Assembly: GCA_049968235.1 (NCBI GenBank)
Contig: JBMFRC010000001.1
Span: 96,001 to 160,000 of the forward strand
DNA: 64,000 nt
Reading direction: 5' to 3'
Source of the DNA: Candidatus Hydrogenedens sp.
GTDB lineage: Bacteria; Hydrogenedentota; Hydrogenedentia; Hydrogenedentales; Hydrogenedentaceae
How positions within the stretch are numbered: the stretch's first letter is position 1; each line of letters begins with the position of its first letter. A model generated the notes under the pieces. The model saw only the letters and a program-made list of their open reading frames with translations, searched no databases and had not been told where the DNA came from. The position numbers were made by a program, and so were the translations under genes. This document shows positions 27,901 through 35,022 of this stretch, one piece after another.

Positions 27901-29533
27901 CATAATTTTGGGTGTCCTCTTGATTCTTTTTGGTACGGTCATACATGGGGACACCCTGGTAAGGACCGCTGGGAACGAACCCTCTCAGCACAAACGGAGG
28001 TCCTGGTAACTGAATCGGTTCTGTATCTACTGATTCTTTAATTGTAAAGAAATCTATTATATTATTGGGACCTATATATGCGTAAGATTCAAAATTATTT
28101 ACTAACAAATCATAATCGTTGTCCAGACAATCTACATCATCCGCAGTTAAGGTATACCGCATTGAACCTGAAGGAGTATATCGAACCACATCTATAGAGG
28201 AAGGCATAATCACTTCCAGATACACTAAGTTTCCATTTTCATCGGGCACCATATCATTACGGTCTATTATCCCATCAGCATTCCAATCAACTTTCATCCG
28301 TAAACCCGGCAAAGGTGCTGTAAAAAAAACCTTTTGTTCGGCACTATCATCTACAATTCCATCACAGTTATTATCTAATCCATCATCACCTCCCCAATAT
28401 ACAAAAGCACCTACTTCAAACATTTCTTCGGGGTCCACTGTTTCATCGGGGGATTTATCTGTTGGGTCTTCTTGTGGTAATGCTTCATTCTGGAGGAAGA
28501 AAGGTCCCATTTCTTCATTAATCCCATTATCCGGTGTTTCGTCAATCAAACCATTTAAATTATTGTCCAAACCATCATTATGGCTCTGATGAATCTCTCC
28601 TGCAGAATCATAGACAACACCACTAAACAATTTATCTCCTGCCATTGGCATCCACACTGCATCTTTATAACCGTCACCATCTAAATCTACATCTGCCCAT
28701 GCATTTACCCATTCGGGAGTATACAAACTACTTGTAGCATAAGAATTTCCATTTCTGTCAAAACCTGTAAAAACAGGAGTACCATCCGGATTACGGACTG
28801 TTCCAAACATTGAGGGGAGAAGAAATGGTGCAGAACTTTTGGGAATGTCTCCTTCGCGAGTAATATCATCAAAAGTTTCTGCATTTACATTAAAACGGTA
28901 ATACAGAAAATTAGAGCCATCTTTTTGTGGAACCGAAACCCAACTGGATGAATTGGGTCCGGGAACAACTAATTCTGCATTTAAATCATAAAGAATAGGA
29001 GCATTGAAATCTTCAAGGCGTGGATAAAATAACCATTCTCGACTACGCGGTCCATTATATAACATTTCTGAGTAACCATCGGCAAAACGGACATACAAGA
29101 AACGATTTTCCGGGGGTAAACTTAACATAAACCCTTGCAAATTGGGGAAATTAATCCATAACCGTGCAATGTCAACATGCGGAATACTTCCCTTCCACTG
29201 CATTGAAGAACGGAGTGCAAAATATCCCCTACCTGCACCGGAATTTCTAAGTGCCCAGGGTTTGCCCGCAACCCAGGCACCGCTAAAAAAAGAACGCCAT
29301 ACATGGTCAGTCGAAGAAGCATAAGGGTGCTGATTTATATCGTTGTTCAATACAGAAATACCGATATTTAGTGCTCCTCTTAAAAGTTGGTCCGCCTGTG
29401 CTTGACGGAGCGATAATTCCGCTGTGTATAATTCACCCCTTGTTACAAAATAAAAAGTAAAACCGATGGCAAGAAGAATGGCAATAATTCCAATAGCAAG
29501 GACTAATGCCGCGCCCGTTTCAGGTTTTCGCAT
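21923..29533 (-). CDS. pilX: Giant protein (2,536 aa) with a PilX_N-type N-terminal domain (type IV pilus minor-pilin PilX-like) and multiple DxDxDG calcium-binding-loop motifs.
   Basis: The N-terminus MRKPETGAALVLAIGIIAILLAIGFTFYFVTRGELYTAELSLRQAQADQLLRGAL matches the PilX_N pattern, in which a hydrophobic helix is followed by 'A...AE.GL'. Repeated loops include DVDLDGDGYKD, DGLDNNCDGIVDD, NGLDDDGDGIIDNG, DGYDNDGDGGY and DGVDNNQNGVIDD. An AAGGAGAG Shine-Dalgarno lies 7 nt upstream of the ATG. The gene sits directly after the PilW-like gene, which is the canonical pilX slot. Confidence 0.6.
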   Translation of the reverse strand: MRKPETGAALVLAIGIIAILLAIGFTFYFVTRGELYTAELSLRQAQADQLLRGALNIGISVLNNDINQHPYASSTDHVWRSFFSGAWVAGKPWALRNSGAGRGYFALRSSMQWKGSIPHVDIARLWINFPNLQGFMLSLPPENRFLYVRFADGYSEMLYNGPRSREWLFYPRLEDFNAPILYDLNAELVVPGPNSSSWVSVPQKDGSNFLYYRFNVNAETFDDITREGDIPKSSAPFLLPSMFGTVRNPDGTPVFTGFDRNGNSYATSSLYTPEWVNAWADVDLDGDGYKDAVWMPMAGDKLFSGVVYDSAGEIHQSHNDGLDNNLNGLIDETPDNGINEEMGPFFLQNEALPQEDPTDKSPDETVDPEEMFEVGAFVYWGGDDGLDNNCDGIVDDSAEQKVFFTAPLPGLRMKVDWNADGIIDRNDMVPDENGNLVYLEVIMPSSIDVVRYTPSGSMRYTLTADDVDCLDNDYDLLVNNFESYAYIGPNNIIDFFTIKESVDTEPIQLPGPPFVLRGFVPSGPYQGVPMYDRTKKNQEDTQNYDYSFAKFAMPGNWNPADKSKFSAVREASYIEINKFKDSGGNPFLPGVQVFPGRGIYRDGIAGITRTINYTRLIPYIHITHTGEPVCDLVGRMAVYIEDESKKVNLNIAGGHYPIDFNFSAPNPLLASRLFHSYFIPGISSPWLIGYGLDTRYLPDMGVIRARKLWNLLTGAPGGQIDSSQSDYILNTNSNALYYDVAFPGYGAVDDNANAFLLFTNGLDDDGDGIIDNGVNDLLGILEGIDEPGEFQYTLPYVNKLAERDRVDNNTNNNVDESGELGDRIISTLDQISELSDYGTPGTKAFEKVKPVITTMGLSKNTQIRKFGTSLRGINPVNVNYTTPQQLASTIFLSEKPVPSINTMSWRMPMGEDAYYFAQGLRSYEHEWNTWFGADKNEVGFLFYYDDGTNEPISAINSTTNYVFPVDAVLKTMQLAVNLIDIRDTDVAQTRLTTEKVPDPMTSIEKRVYLPSQNINSLSPYEKGYHPSNFSLREIEQYAKNTLGEFNIDWVINDYWWSERVQNGTNSEDGTPMKDLRSISYTVAGVDSIRITELMVRPVRRVEAEVPVYQSIYNSYRSNYPPGIPLFLTDFEPLSNRFPDDNNHDIIPANPWNLANNNVLGKGNYYETNLPVFQYIDRTTVPPQTISVPNVVEYRIRATNSLPAGRYYLMLNTQNLSGEPTLQRGSNKRIKYAIKYCPINVNNPADTTDDTLIEPSILDDVFADPTIVTNDAVFQRVQDTWIGVNARGETTGMVFLPGQLESGTLIPPNYYWMDGILPENQPLSGKTFTITVPPYTPADGQANDYAVCIAFWLEQNPNNEPIALNFLDFSQEPDHEYIEITNISNNPIDLTGYTIEIGIPRDNSGVRTDPFKVTAKIGDENDVNNRYIIAPKGRLLLTFDSSSDLIGDKFDHYRDPNLTPASLIKRNGIGLCDVIPTAPVPPELEPLVGITTPFMALNETNNVFHREYINNGLEEDFTDYNGDGTPGDNPADNEIRSTPNDNNFNIVGPRKAWDRIVPLYAVEFPLIDGENTERRKTEEITTLNDLAKLVLQGGMLPDYPEHDGYDNDGDGGYLTGMGSYILGTLEKDGVDNNQNGVIDDRPTDFNNPLNVFFNEGVDEGRVEPGTTYTNGRVYGYGSYEQGMMPIFHLKDMSVIGGNVDVDFITDPYDQVQPINITTGFNYIGNPNLIEPYFGTDNDPPQWKYFVERRWNPGDCVVVALYDTKGNQVDGVSYNEYDVINRCIDDILPAPNSSMQLNADFSSWWIPDCMLWDFYRSLNRKSPELSGDRFGLSNRWEATDGFYDDWEESPHYLEQLVLVMLDNVAPNNFPLFQYTNNNPYRDKRDIDFVVNTYRGTPLGKSYTEIALSGKDFSFPIVSLPDSPVINGRSITLLYPYWNIEQRRDVGTIYTGTLSQVGIPIQREYLYSLYRLRQVFPNPDYRYLFDLNRQNLTLYPVVGGETFWRQVWTSANVLACQLQGKDELSRVLKGASSMITIAEKILTVGTADFIPIRPNPAETDVFPSGSNLTDILRCELASNTYPEAWVPLFLFMLPGEIYNYPRFVDGSLWNGTFPTPYNTLFNAQPNGSWLFNNNSAFGRPQIDINDIAQRWEIPKRIFAYVSSYRSVYPEQNRPEALFVWDVNDGLENGDYYVYINVVNEKQLRRLQQYDEQLHASGNPPYELFSQEFGKLWINKEYDTTRVRLALEIITDPAKARGLKPRGSTIETGLTHPDDWYRTEVGGYYEDVVDFSPNEDGIILYGQQAAASWQPQMVRVTQKFVALRVRNIGDTPCFLTHITLVPAKSSLHKINVNTIGPYIYTDGSQKRIFASSMCLPGFYYRSNILPKNQDLNNPVYGVNPIPPTNAVYADNVSDTILSAFQLSYLLMTNRPEYADGRYYLSPIELANTINSKYLLPLSVNTNYNGRIADVLPRYESVADHVSLRSDVFKITALVQLGYGVDGNNDGCYSYRTNDEFVVQSEARASVIYERSVPTARYEED

Positions 29534-29639
29534 AAGAAAAACTCTCCTTAAAAATTTAATCTCTCTTTGTTCTAAACTTTCTATTCAGAACAAAGTTTAT
29601 TAAATTTTACGATAGATTGAGTTGTTTAATAAAATTTCT

Positions 29640-31427
29640 TTACATTCCTGCGGGCATTCTCCTTGGTTGAGGAGTTCGTAGTCCGCACGGAATATCAATA
29701 GATTGACTAAACCAGCGCCTGAAATCAGAAACACCGGGCTGCGGCTTTTCGGTACAAACCCAGGCACTGACAGTGATTCTAACTGGTAAACGCTCAAAGA
29801 AAACAGTTGCAAAGGGTGATGTCTGACTGGGGTCTGTCCCTTTCATCTCGGTCCAGACCCTGTCTAAAAAGGCTGTTAAACATTCTGCTTGAGGAACCGT
29901 TAAAGATTCTGGTGGCAAAGAGAGGTAATGGGAGAAAAGAGGGATACTTCGTATATCATTAAAATACATTACGGTCTGGTTTTCTTCTGATTGATACGAA
30001 AAAATATTTCCGGGGAAAAGCATATCTGTTGAAGTTATTAAGCCATTGATTTCATCAATCCAGTAGGCATGAGCCCCAAAGCCATCTGCTAACACATAAT
30101 CCAGCGGGTTCTGTCCATTTGTTTCCCAGAAATTGTATAAGACTTCTGTGTTCGGGTATGGATTACCTGTCCCTCCGGTTAGTAGTTGATACAAATACAT
30201 CTGGTCTCGCCGTGCAATAGATAGGTCATAACTCCAGATATAAGGAGACAAATTTAATATACCTCCCTGACCTGTAATTGCGAGAACATTGGTTGGATTT
30301 CTTAATAGATTAAACCACTCGTTACAGAATTGTCGTGAATTATAAACTTGCATTAATAAAAGTCGTAATTCCGCTTTTCGGATGGTTATTAAATCATTTA
30401 CAAAATTTGTATCAATCGTTTGATAATTAGGATTATTTATGTAATTTCTTAAATCTTTAACAACATTCACAGAAGGGGTCTGAGTTTCTACCGGACTGAC
30501 CATACTCACACCGCTTTGTGTACCCGTTCCTTCAATTATAAAAGCATGTAATAGAGCATCAATAGTCGAATAACCTGTATAGGAAAACGGATTTTCAACC
30601 GTAGACAAATCAGGGTCGGGCATTGATTGGATTGCTGTTCCTGAAGAATCTATAAAACCTTTCTTTAATTCTATATCGATAATGTTTGCTTTTGTAGTTT
30701 CTTCGATACGGAATAAAGCCATTGGTTGAACACGAACGCGATATGCCTGTTCTTCTGATGACAATTGACCAATTACATTTGCCTCAGATTGCACTTCTGG
30801 AAATGGGTCTCCTGTGGTGAGCAGACTATCCAGATTGTTTACGATTGTAGTTACATCACAACCCGCGGGCAAACCCGCCTGAATTTTGGGAAGAATATCA
30901 TCAAAGAAATAAACGGCACTTTCATTGGGAATTTTATTGGCTTCTCGCTTCATTCCCTTTTCTTTGGAAATCCTATCCGGCAAATTATCCTTTGGTCCTA
31001 TTGGTAACCATGTTTCAAATACCGGGATGGATGGACTTGGAGCAAAGAAGTATGTTACTCTTCCTACCTGTCCATTATCCAGCATAGTTACAAAAGTTAA
31101 AGCGGTAGGAGTCCCATAAAATTGGACTTTTTCTCCGCGATTAGCAAGTGTACAAGCCCGTTCCAGATCGCGAGATAATATTTCCATAGCAGACCGTGCA
31201 TTCCCATAACTCTCTTTTACCATGTATCCCTGATGGGTAGATTCGATAGCCGAAACAAACATTGTAACCAGCCCTGTCAAAATAATGGATAATATAGCCA
31301 TCGCCACCACAAGTTCGATAAGTGTCATACCTGTTCTATATTTCGTATCACTTGTATATAACAACTCTACTTGTTTTTTATTGTTGTTCTGTAACATAGG
31401 TAACGAACCTTTCTTCTCTCCCATCAT
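29640..31427 (-). CDS. pilW: PilW/GspJ-family minor pilin (type IV prepilin-like N-terminus), enlarged to about 560-595 aa.
   Basis: The prepilin motif is YRTG|MTLIELVVAMAILSIILTGLVTMFVSAIE, with Glu at +5 after the Gly cleavage site. It continues ...ARSAMEILSRDLERA, as in the PilW family. The real start is probably the internal MLQNNNKK..., since the annotated start overlaps the upstream gene by 50 nt. Confidence 0.55.
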   Translation of the reverse strand: MMGEKKGSLPMLQNNNKKQVELLYTSDTKYRTGMTLIELVVAMAILSIILTGLVTMFVSAIESTHQGYMVKESYGNARSAMEILSRDLERACTLANRGEKVQFYGTPTALTFVTMLDNGQVGRVTYFFAPSPSIPVFETWLPIGPKDNLPDRISKEKGMKREANKIPNESAVYFFDDILPKIQAGLPAGCDVTTIVNNLDSLLTTGDPFPEVQSEANVIGQLSSEEQAYRVRVQPMALFRIEETTKANIIDIELKKGFIDSSGTAIQSMPDPDLSTVENPFSYTGYSTIDALLHAFIIEGTGTQSGVSMVSPVETQTPSVNVVKDLRNYINNPNYQTIDTNFVNDLITIRKAELRLLLMQVYNSRQFCNEWFNLLRNPTNVLAITGQGGILNLSPYIWSYDLSIARRDQMYLYQLLTGGTGNPYPNTEVLYNFWETNGQNPLDYVLADGFGAHAYWIDEINGLITSTDMLFPGNIFSYQSEENQTVMYFNDIRSIPLFSHYLSLPPESLTVPQAECLTAFLDRVWTEMKGTDPSQTSPFATVFFERLPVRITVSAWVCTEKPQPGVSDFRRWFSQSIDIPCGLRTPQPRRMPAGM

Positions 31428-31803
31428 TGAGCCTTACCTTAAAGGTTACCCGATACAACCCTTTACCCATAGGAACGCGTGATGCAGAAGCCCCATAATG
31501 TTGATATAGTTCATAAGCACTGGCGGTTGTTTCTATTTGCTGAAAGGCATTATCTTTTAACCATGAATTTAGACCTGTGGATAAAGCCCCGCCTACACGA
31601 ACACGACTCATTTCTGTTCGTGCTAAATTGGATATATTAGCATTTGCAGATGCATCAATTAATAATTTTTGTGCTGAGGGAAACAATGTGAATATTGCCA
31701 CCAATCCACCTGCAATAATAGCAAGGGCAATAACAATCTCTAAAATAGAGAAGCCTAATTCTTTATTTCTATAATTATTTGTATGTATTATATTTTTTTT
31801 CAT
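31378..31803 (-). CDS. pilV: PilV/GspI-like small minor pilin (141 aa).
   Basis: The prepilin N-terminus is ELGFSILEIVIALAIIAGGLVAIFTLF. It has the small size typical of PilV/GspI and sits between the FimU-like and PilW-like genes. Confidence 0.55.
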   Translation of the reverse strand: MKKNIIHTNNYRNKELGFSILEIVIALAIIAGGLVAIFTLFPSAQKLLIDASANANISNLARTEMSRVRVGGALSTGLNSWLKDNAFQQIETTASAYELYQHYGASASRVPMGKGLYRVTFKVRLNDGREERFVTYVTEQQ

Positions 31804-32684
31804 ATTTCTATCTTTATCCTGCCTGTTACCCGAAACAGATTCAACAAACTCATTTTATGCGTTACCCACAAACTATCCCCAGGGATTTGTCCTTGAATGT
31901 TTTCAGGGAGAATCATAGGTTCTGAGTTAGTCGTATCTACTAATGCAAGAATATATCGTTCTTTTATCATCGTATTAGAAGTGGGAAGAAGTTTTCCATC
32001 CGGTCCAAAAATATGGGCATACCATGAAAATTTAGCACCGGAGTTTAAATATGTTATAGGGGCTTGTGCCGTTTGTTCTAAGTCTAAAAATGGAACTTTC
32101 ACTATGGATAATCCGAGCAAACTCATGGAATTTCCCTCGTCAATAGAACGCAAAATAGGAACTGTCACTGTAAGAGAATTGGGGACAATAACATTTTCTC
32201 GAAACTCTACATTACAAAGAATTACACCCTCTTCAAATCGTTTATTCATACCGTATTCTGATTTAGCCTCAATAGGGACATAAATACTATCCCAATCACT
32301 GGGAAATCCCAATCTATCACGAATATCATCAAAACCTTCATTATTCTTCTTACTAATTTCATACATTACCGCCGCAGAGACCAATGCATGTATATGTCTC
32401 TCCCCTGGAATAACTCCTTGATTTGTTTCTACATTCGTTGTAGGAACGGGCACGAATACATCTCCATATACAACGGCGGTATTCACACGATAGGTCGTAG
32501 CATAGATTTTTGCCACCTGCATAATTTGAGCCAGTTCTCTTGCTGTGCGTTTTACCGGGTCTGTTGCGTCTTTATAAAAGCGGAAAATAGAAGGAATGGA
32601 AATGAGAGTTAACATTCCCACAATTCCCATTACAACCAGTAGTTCCGTTAATGTGTAACCTTGTTTTCTTTTTCTGGCAAACAT
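31800..32684 (-). CDS. fimU: FimU/FimT/GspH-family minor pilin (294 aa).
   Basis: The prepilin N-terminus is KQGYTLTELLVVMGIVGMLTLISIPSIFRFYKDATDPVKRTARELAQIMQVAKIYA. The leading helix followed by 'AR..A..........A' is typical of GspH/FimU. It is the first gene of the minor-pilin set. Confidence 0.5.
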   Translation of the reverse strand: MFARKRKQGYTLTELLVVMGIVGMLTLISIPSIFRFYKDATDPVKRTARELAQIMQVAKIYATTYRVNTAVVYGDVFVPVPTTNVETNQGVIPGERHIHALVSAAVMYEISKKNNEGFDDIRDRLGFPSDWDSIYVPIEAKSEYGMNKRFEEGVILCNVEFRENVIVPNSLTVTVPILRSIDEGNSMSLLGLSIVKVPFLDLEQTAQAPITYLNSGAKFSWYAHIFGPDGKLLPTSNTMIKERYILALVDTTNSEPMILPENIQGQIPGDSLWVTHKMSLLNLFRVTGRIKIEI

Positions 32685-32766
32685 TTTATAACAAGTCTTT
32701 CATATTTAGAAGGGCAATGTATGTTCTACCTTCCCATACATTGCCCTTATATTAGTCAAATATTCA

Positions 32767-33639
32767 TTAACTATAGAAACGCATCCAACTCTGACCGGGG
32801 TCCCAATTATTAATATCATCTCCACCCCCTTTATATTCTTCTTCTTGGTCTGCGTAGTTTGCAGAACCTTGATAATTTCCACCGGGGAGTGGATTTGCCA
32901 AATTAGGATCGTAAACAGCCTGACCTGAAATCATATTAGCACCATTAGACCAGATAAAAGCCAATTTCCCTTTATCTGCGGGGAAACCTACTTCTATTGG
33001 TAAATTGGTTTCCGGGTCTGTTGTTGAAAATGTTAAAGTATCACTTCTTCTCCCACCTGACACACCTGGTAAAGTTTTTTCTTTTTCTCCTAACATATAA
33101 ATACGGAAGGGAATGGGTCCATTTCTTGGAGTCCAGGGACCCGGATAAATATTATACAAATTTCCCCATGGGTCAAAAGCAATATCTTCAAGATAACCAA
33201 CACCAAGTCTCATTACAACATCCTTATCTAAAATATCTGCATATATGATATTTAAATCATTGTCCGTTCTGCCATCCAGTACCCTACGACCTTCTCTTAA
33301 TAATGCGTACAGGGTATTTGTATATAATTTAATAACGGATTGAAATTGCTGGGAGGTCATAATATAAGGTGTATTATCTGCAAAATTAAAAATACTTCTG
33401 CGAATATAATCTGCATCAAACAGATAATTTAAGTTCTGCACATTGGCATCGGTAACCATTTTTGTTAGTGCAAGTTCAATACTTTTAATGTCCCCTAAAG
33501 CCCGTGTAGCTCTCCCTCGAGCAATATACCGGGCAACATTGGGAACTATGATAGCAGCAAGAATTGAGATAATTGCCATCACGACCAATAGTTCTACGAG
33601 TGTAAATCCTTTGTTTCTTTTCATACTGTCTTCCTCCAC
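32767..33639 (-). CDS. Type IV pilin (290 aa). It is a candidate major pilin or an additional pseudopilin.
   Basis: It has the classic class III signal-peptide motif MKRNKGFTLVELLVVMAIISILAAIIVPNVARYIARGRATRALGDIKSIELAL. It lies between pilC and the minor-pilin genes. Confidence 0.6.
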   Translation of the reverse strand: MEEDSMKRNKGFTLVELLVVMAIISILAAIIVPNVARYIARGRATRALGDIKSIELALTKMVTDANVQNLNYLFDADYIRRSIFNFADNTPYIMTSQQFQSVIKLYTNTLYALLREGRRVLDGRTDNDLNIIYADILDKDVVMRLGVGYLEDIAFDPWGNLYNIYPGPWTPRNGPIPFRIYMLGEKEKTLPGVSGGRRSDTLTFSTTDPETNLPIEVGFPADKGKLAFIWSNGANMISGQAVYDPNLANPLPGGNYQGSANYADQEEEYKGGGDDINNWDPGQSWMRFYS

Positions 33640-33763
33640 TCAGGTTTGTAGACGAACTTGTTTTTAATCTCGTCCTTTCTGTTATGAGTTCTTGTAAATA
33701 ATTTAACTGTTACTATATTTATACCACAAATACAGCTTTTGTTGCCGTATTTTTGTCTTATTT

Positions 33764-35005
33764 TTATTGTGTACCATTGATGGTATCTCCGAGTGTAAAT
33801 ATCGGTAAGTATAAGGATACTACAATAAAACCGATAATACCACCTAAAACGATAATAATTGCGGGTTCCATTAATGACAACATAGCCTCGACAGCCGCTT
33901 CTACCTCTGCATCGTAGATGTCTGCTACCTTATGGAGCATAGCATCAAGGCTACCCGTTTCTTCACCTACATCAATCATATTAACGACCATTGCTGGAAA
34001 TACTTTGGTCTGGTCCAGCGGTGCAGCAATTGTATCTCCTTCTTTTACACTATCATGGACTTTATCAACGGCGTCCTGAATAATTTCGTTTCCGATGGTT
34101 TCCTTTGTAATTTTTAATGCCTGTAAAATAGGTACACCGGAAGTAATTAGCGTTCCTAATGTTCGGGCAAATCGTGCCACAGCTACTTTAGTAACCAAAT
34201 CCCCAATTAAAGGCAATTTTAGAACAACCCGGTCCCGAAATCGTCGAACTGCATGAAATTTAAAAAGAATTTTTATAAAAATAATCGTCCACGATACAAT
34301 GGCAATAAGCATCCACCAGTTATATATCATAAAGTCCCCGGCTTTCATAAGAAATTGTGTTGGCCAGGGTAATTGTCCTCCGAATTCTTTGAAAATGTCT
34401 GCAAAAACAGGGACGACTTTTATTAACAGAAACATCACAATGGCCGAAGCGATAATAAGAACGGCAATAGGATAAATCATGGCGGATTTTACACGTCGTT
34501 TTAATGCTTCTCTTCGTTCCATAAATTGTGCTATTCGTTGAAGCACAATTTCTAACATACCACCAACTTCACCCGCTTTAACCATATTTACAAAAAGGCG
34601 GTCAAATTGCTTGGGATGTTTTGCCAATGCTTCGGAAAATGTGCTACCTGACTGAATATCCGTTGATATTTCTCGTAAAATATCCTTTAATTTACTGGGT
34701 TTCATTTGCGCAATCAGCACATTCAGGCTTCGTAGTAACGGCAAACCTGCATCAATCAGGGTAGATAATTGGCGTGTCATAACCACAAGTTGTTTGGTCT
34801 TTACGCCACCGAAATAGAGTTCGCTTAATCCTTTCTTCTCACCTCTTGCCCTTCGCTCATCACTCCGACGGGCTTCACGGACGTGTGTGGGAAACAGTCC
34901 TAAACTTCTTACATCATTAATCGCAAGGGCAACACTATCCGCTTGGATAATACCAAAGATTTCTTTTCCTTCACGATTAATTGCTCGATAAGCATATTTA
35001 GGCAT
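33764..35005 (-). CDS. pilC: Type IV pilus inner-membrane platform protein PilC (GspF family).
   Basis: It has two T2SSF repeats (LSTLIDAGLPLLRSLNVLIAQ... and LGTLITSGVPILQALKITKETIGN...) and three TM segments. Its 413-aa size is typical. It follows the PilB gene. Confidence 0.85.
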   Translation of the reverse strand: MPKYAYRAINREGKEIFGIIQADSVALAINDVRSLGLFPTHVREARRSDERRARGEKKGLSELYFGGVKTKQLVVMTRQLSTLIDAGLPLLRSLNVLIAQMKPSKLKDILREISTDIQSGSTFSEALAKHPKQFDRLFVNMVKAGEVGGMLEIVLQRIAQFMERREALKRRVKSAMIYPIAVLIIASAIVMFLLIKVVPVFADIFKEFGGQLPWPTQFLMKAGDFMIYNWWMLIAIVSWTIIFIKILFKFHAVRRFRDRVVLKLPLIGDLVTKVAVARFARTLGTLITSGVPILQALKITKETIGNEIIQDAVDKVHDSVKEGDTIAAPLDQTKVFPAMVVNMIDVGEETGSLDAMLHKVADIYDAEVEAAVEAMLSLMEPAIIIVLGGIIGFIVVSLYLPIFTLGDTINGTQ

Positions 35006-35022
35006 GGTTCCAATTCCTTTTT

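Noticed and set aside
29600-29812. ORF of 70 aa overlapping the 3' end of the PilW-like gene
   Set aside because: It lies within or adjacent to the larger prepilin-like ORF on the same strand in another frame. It has no supporting features.
33764-35005. Whether the two platform proteins (33764..35005 and 46042..47280) are duplicates of the same gene from an assembly repeat
   Set aside because: Their sequences differ substantially throughout. Compare MPKYAYRAINREGKEIFGIIQADS... with MPVYQYKALIKDSGKTTRGVIDADS.... They are genuine paralogues (PilC versus GspF), not a collapsed repeat.
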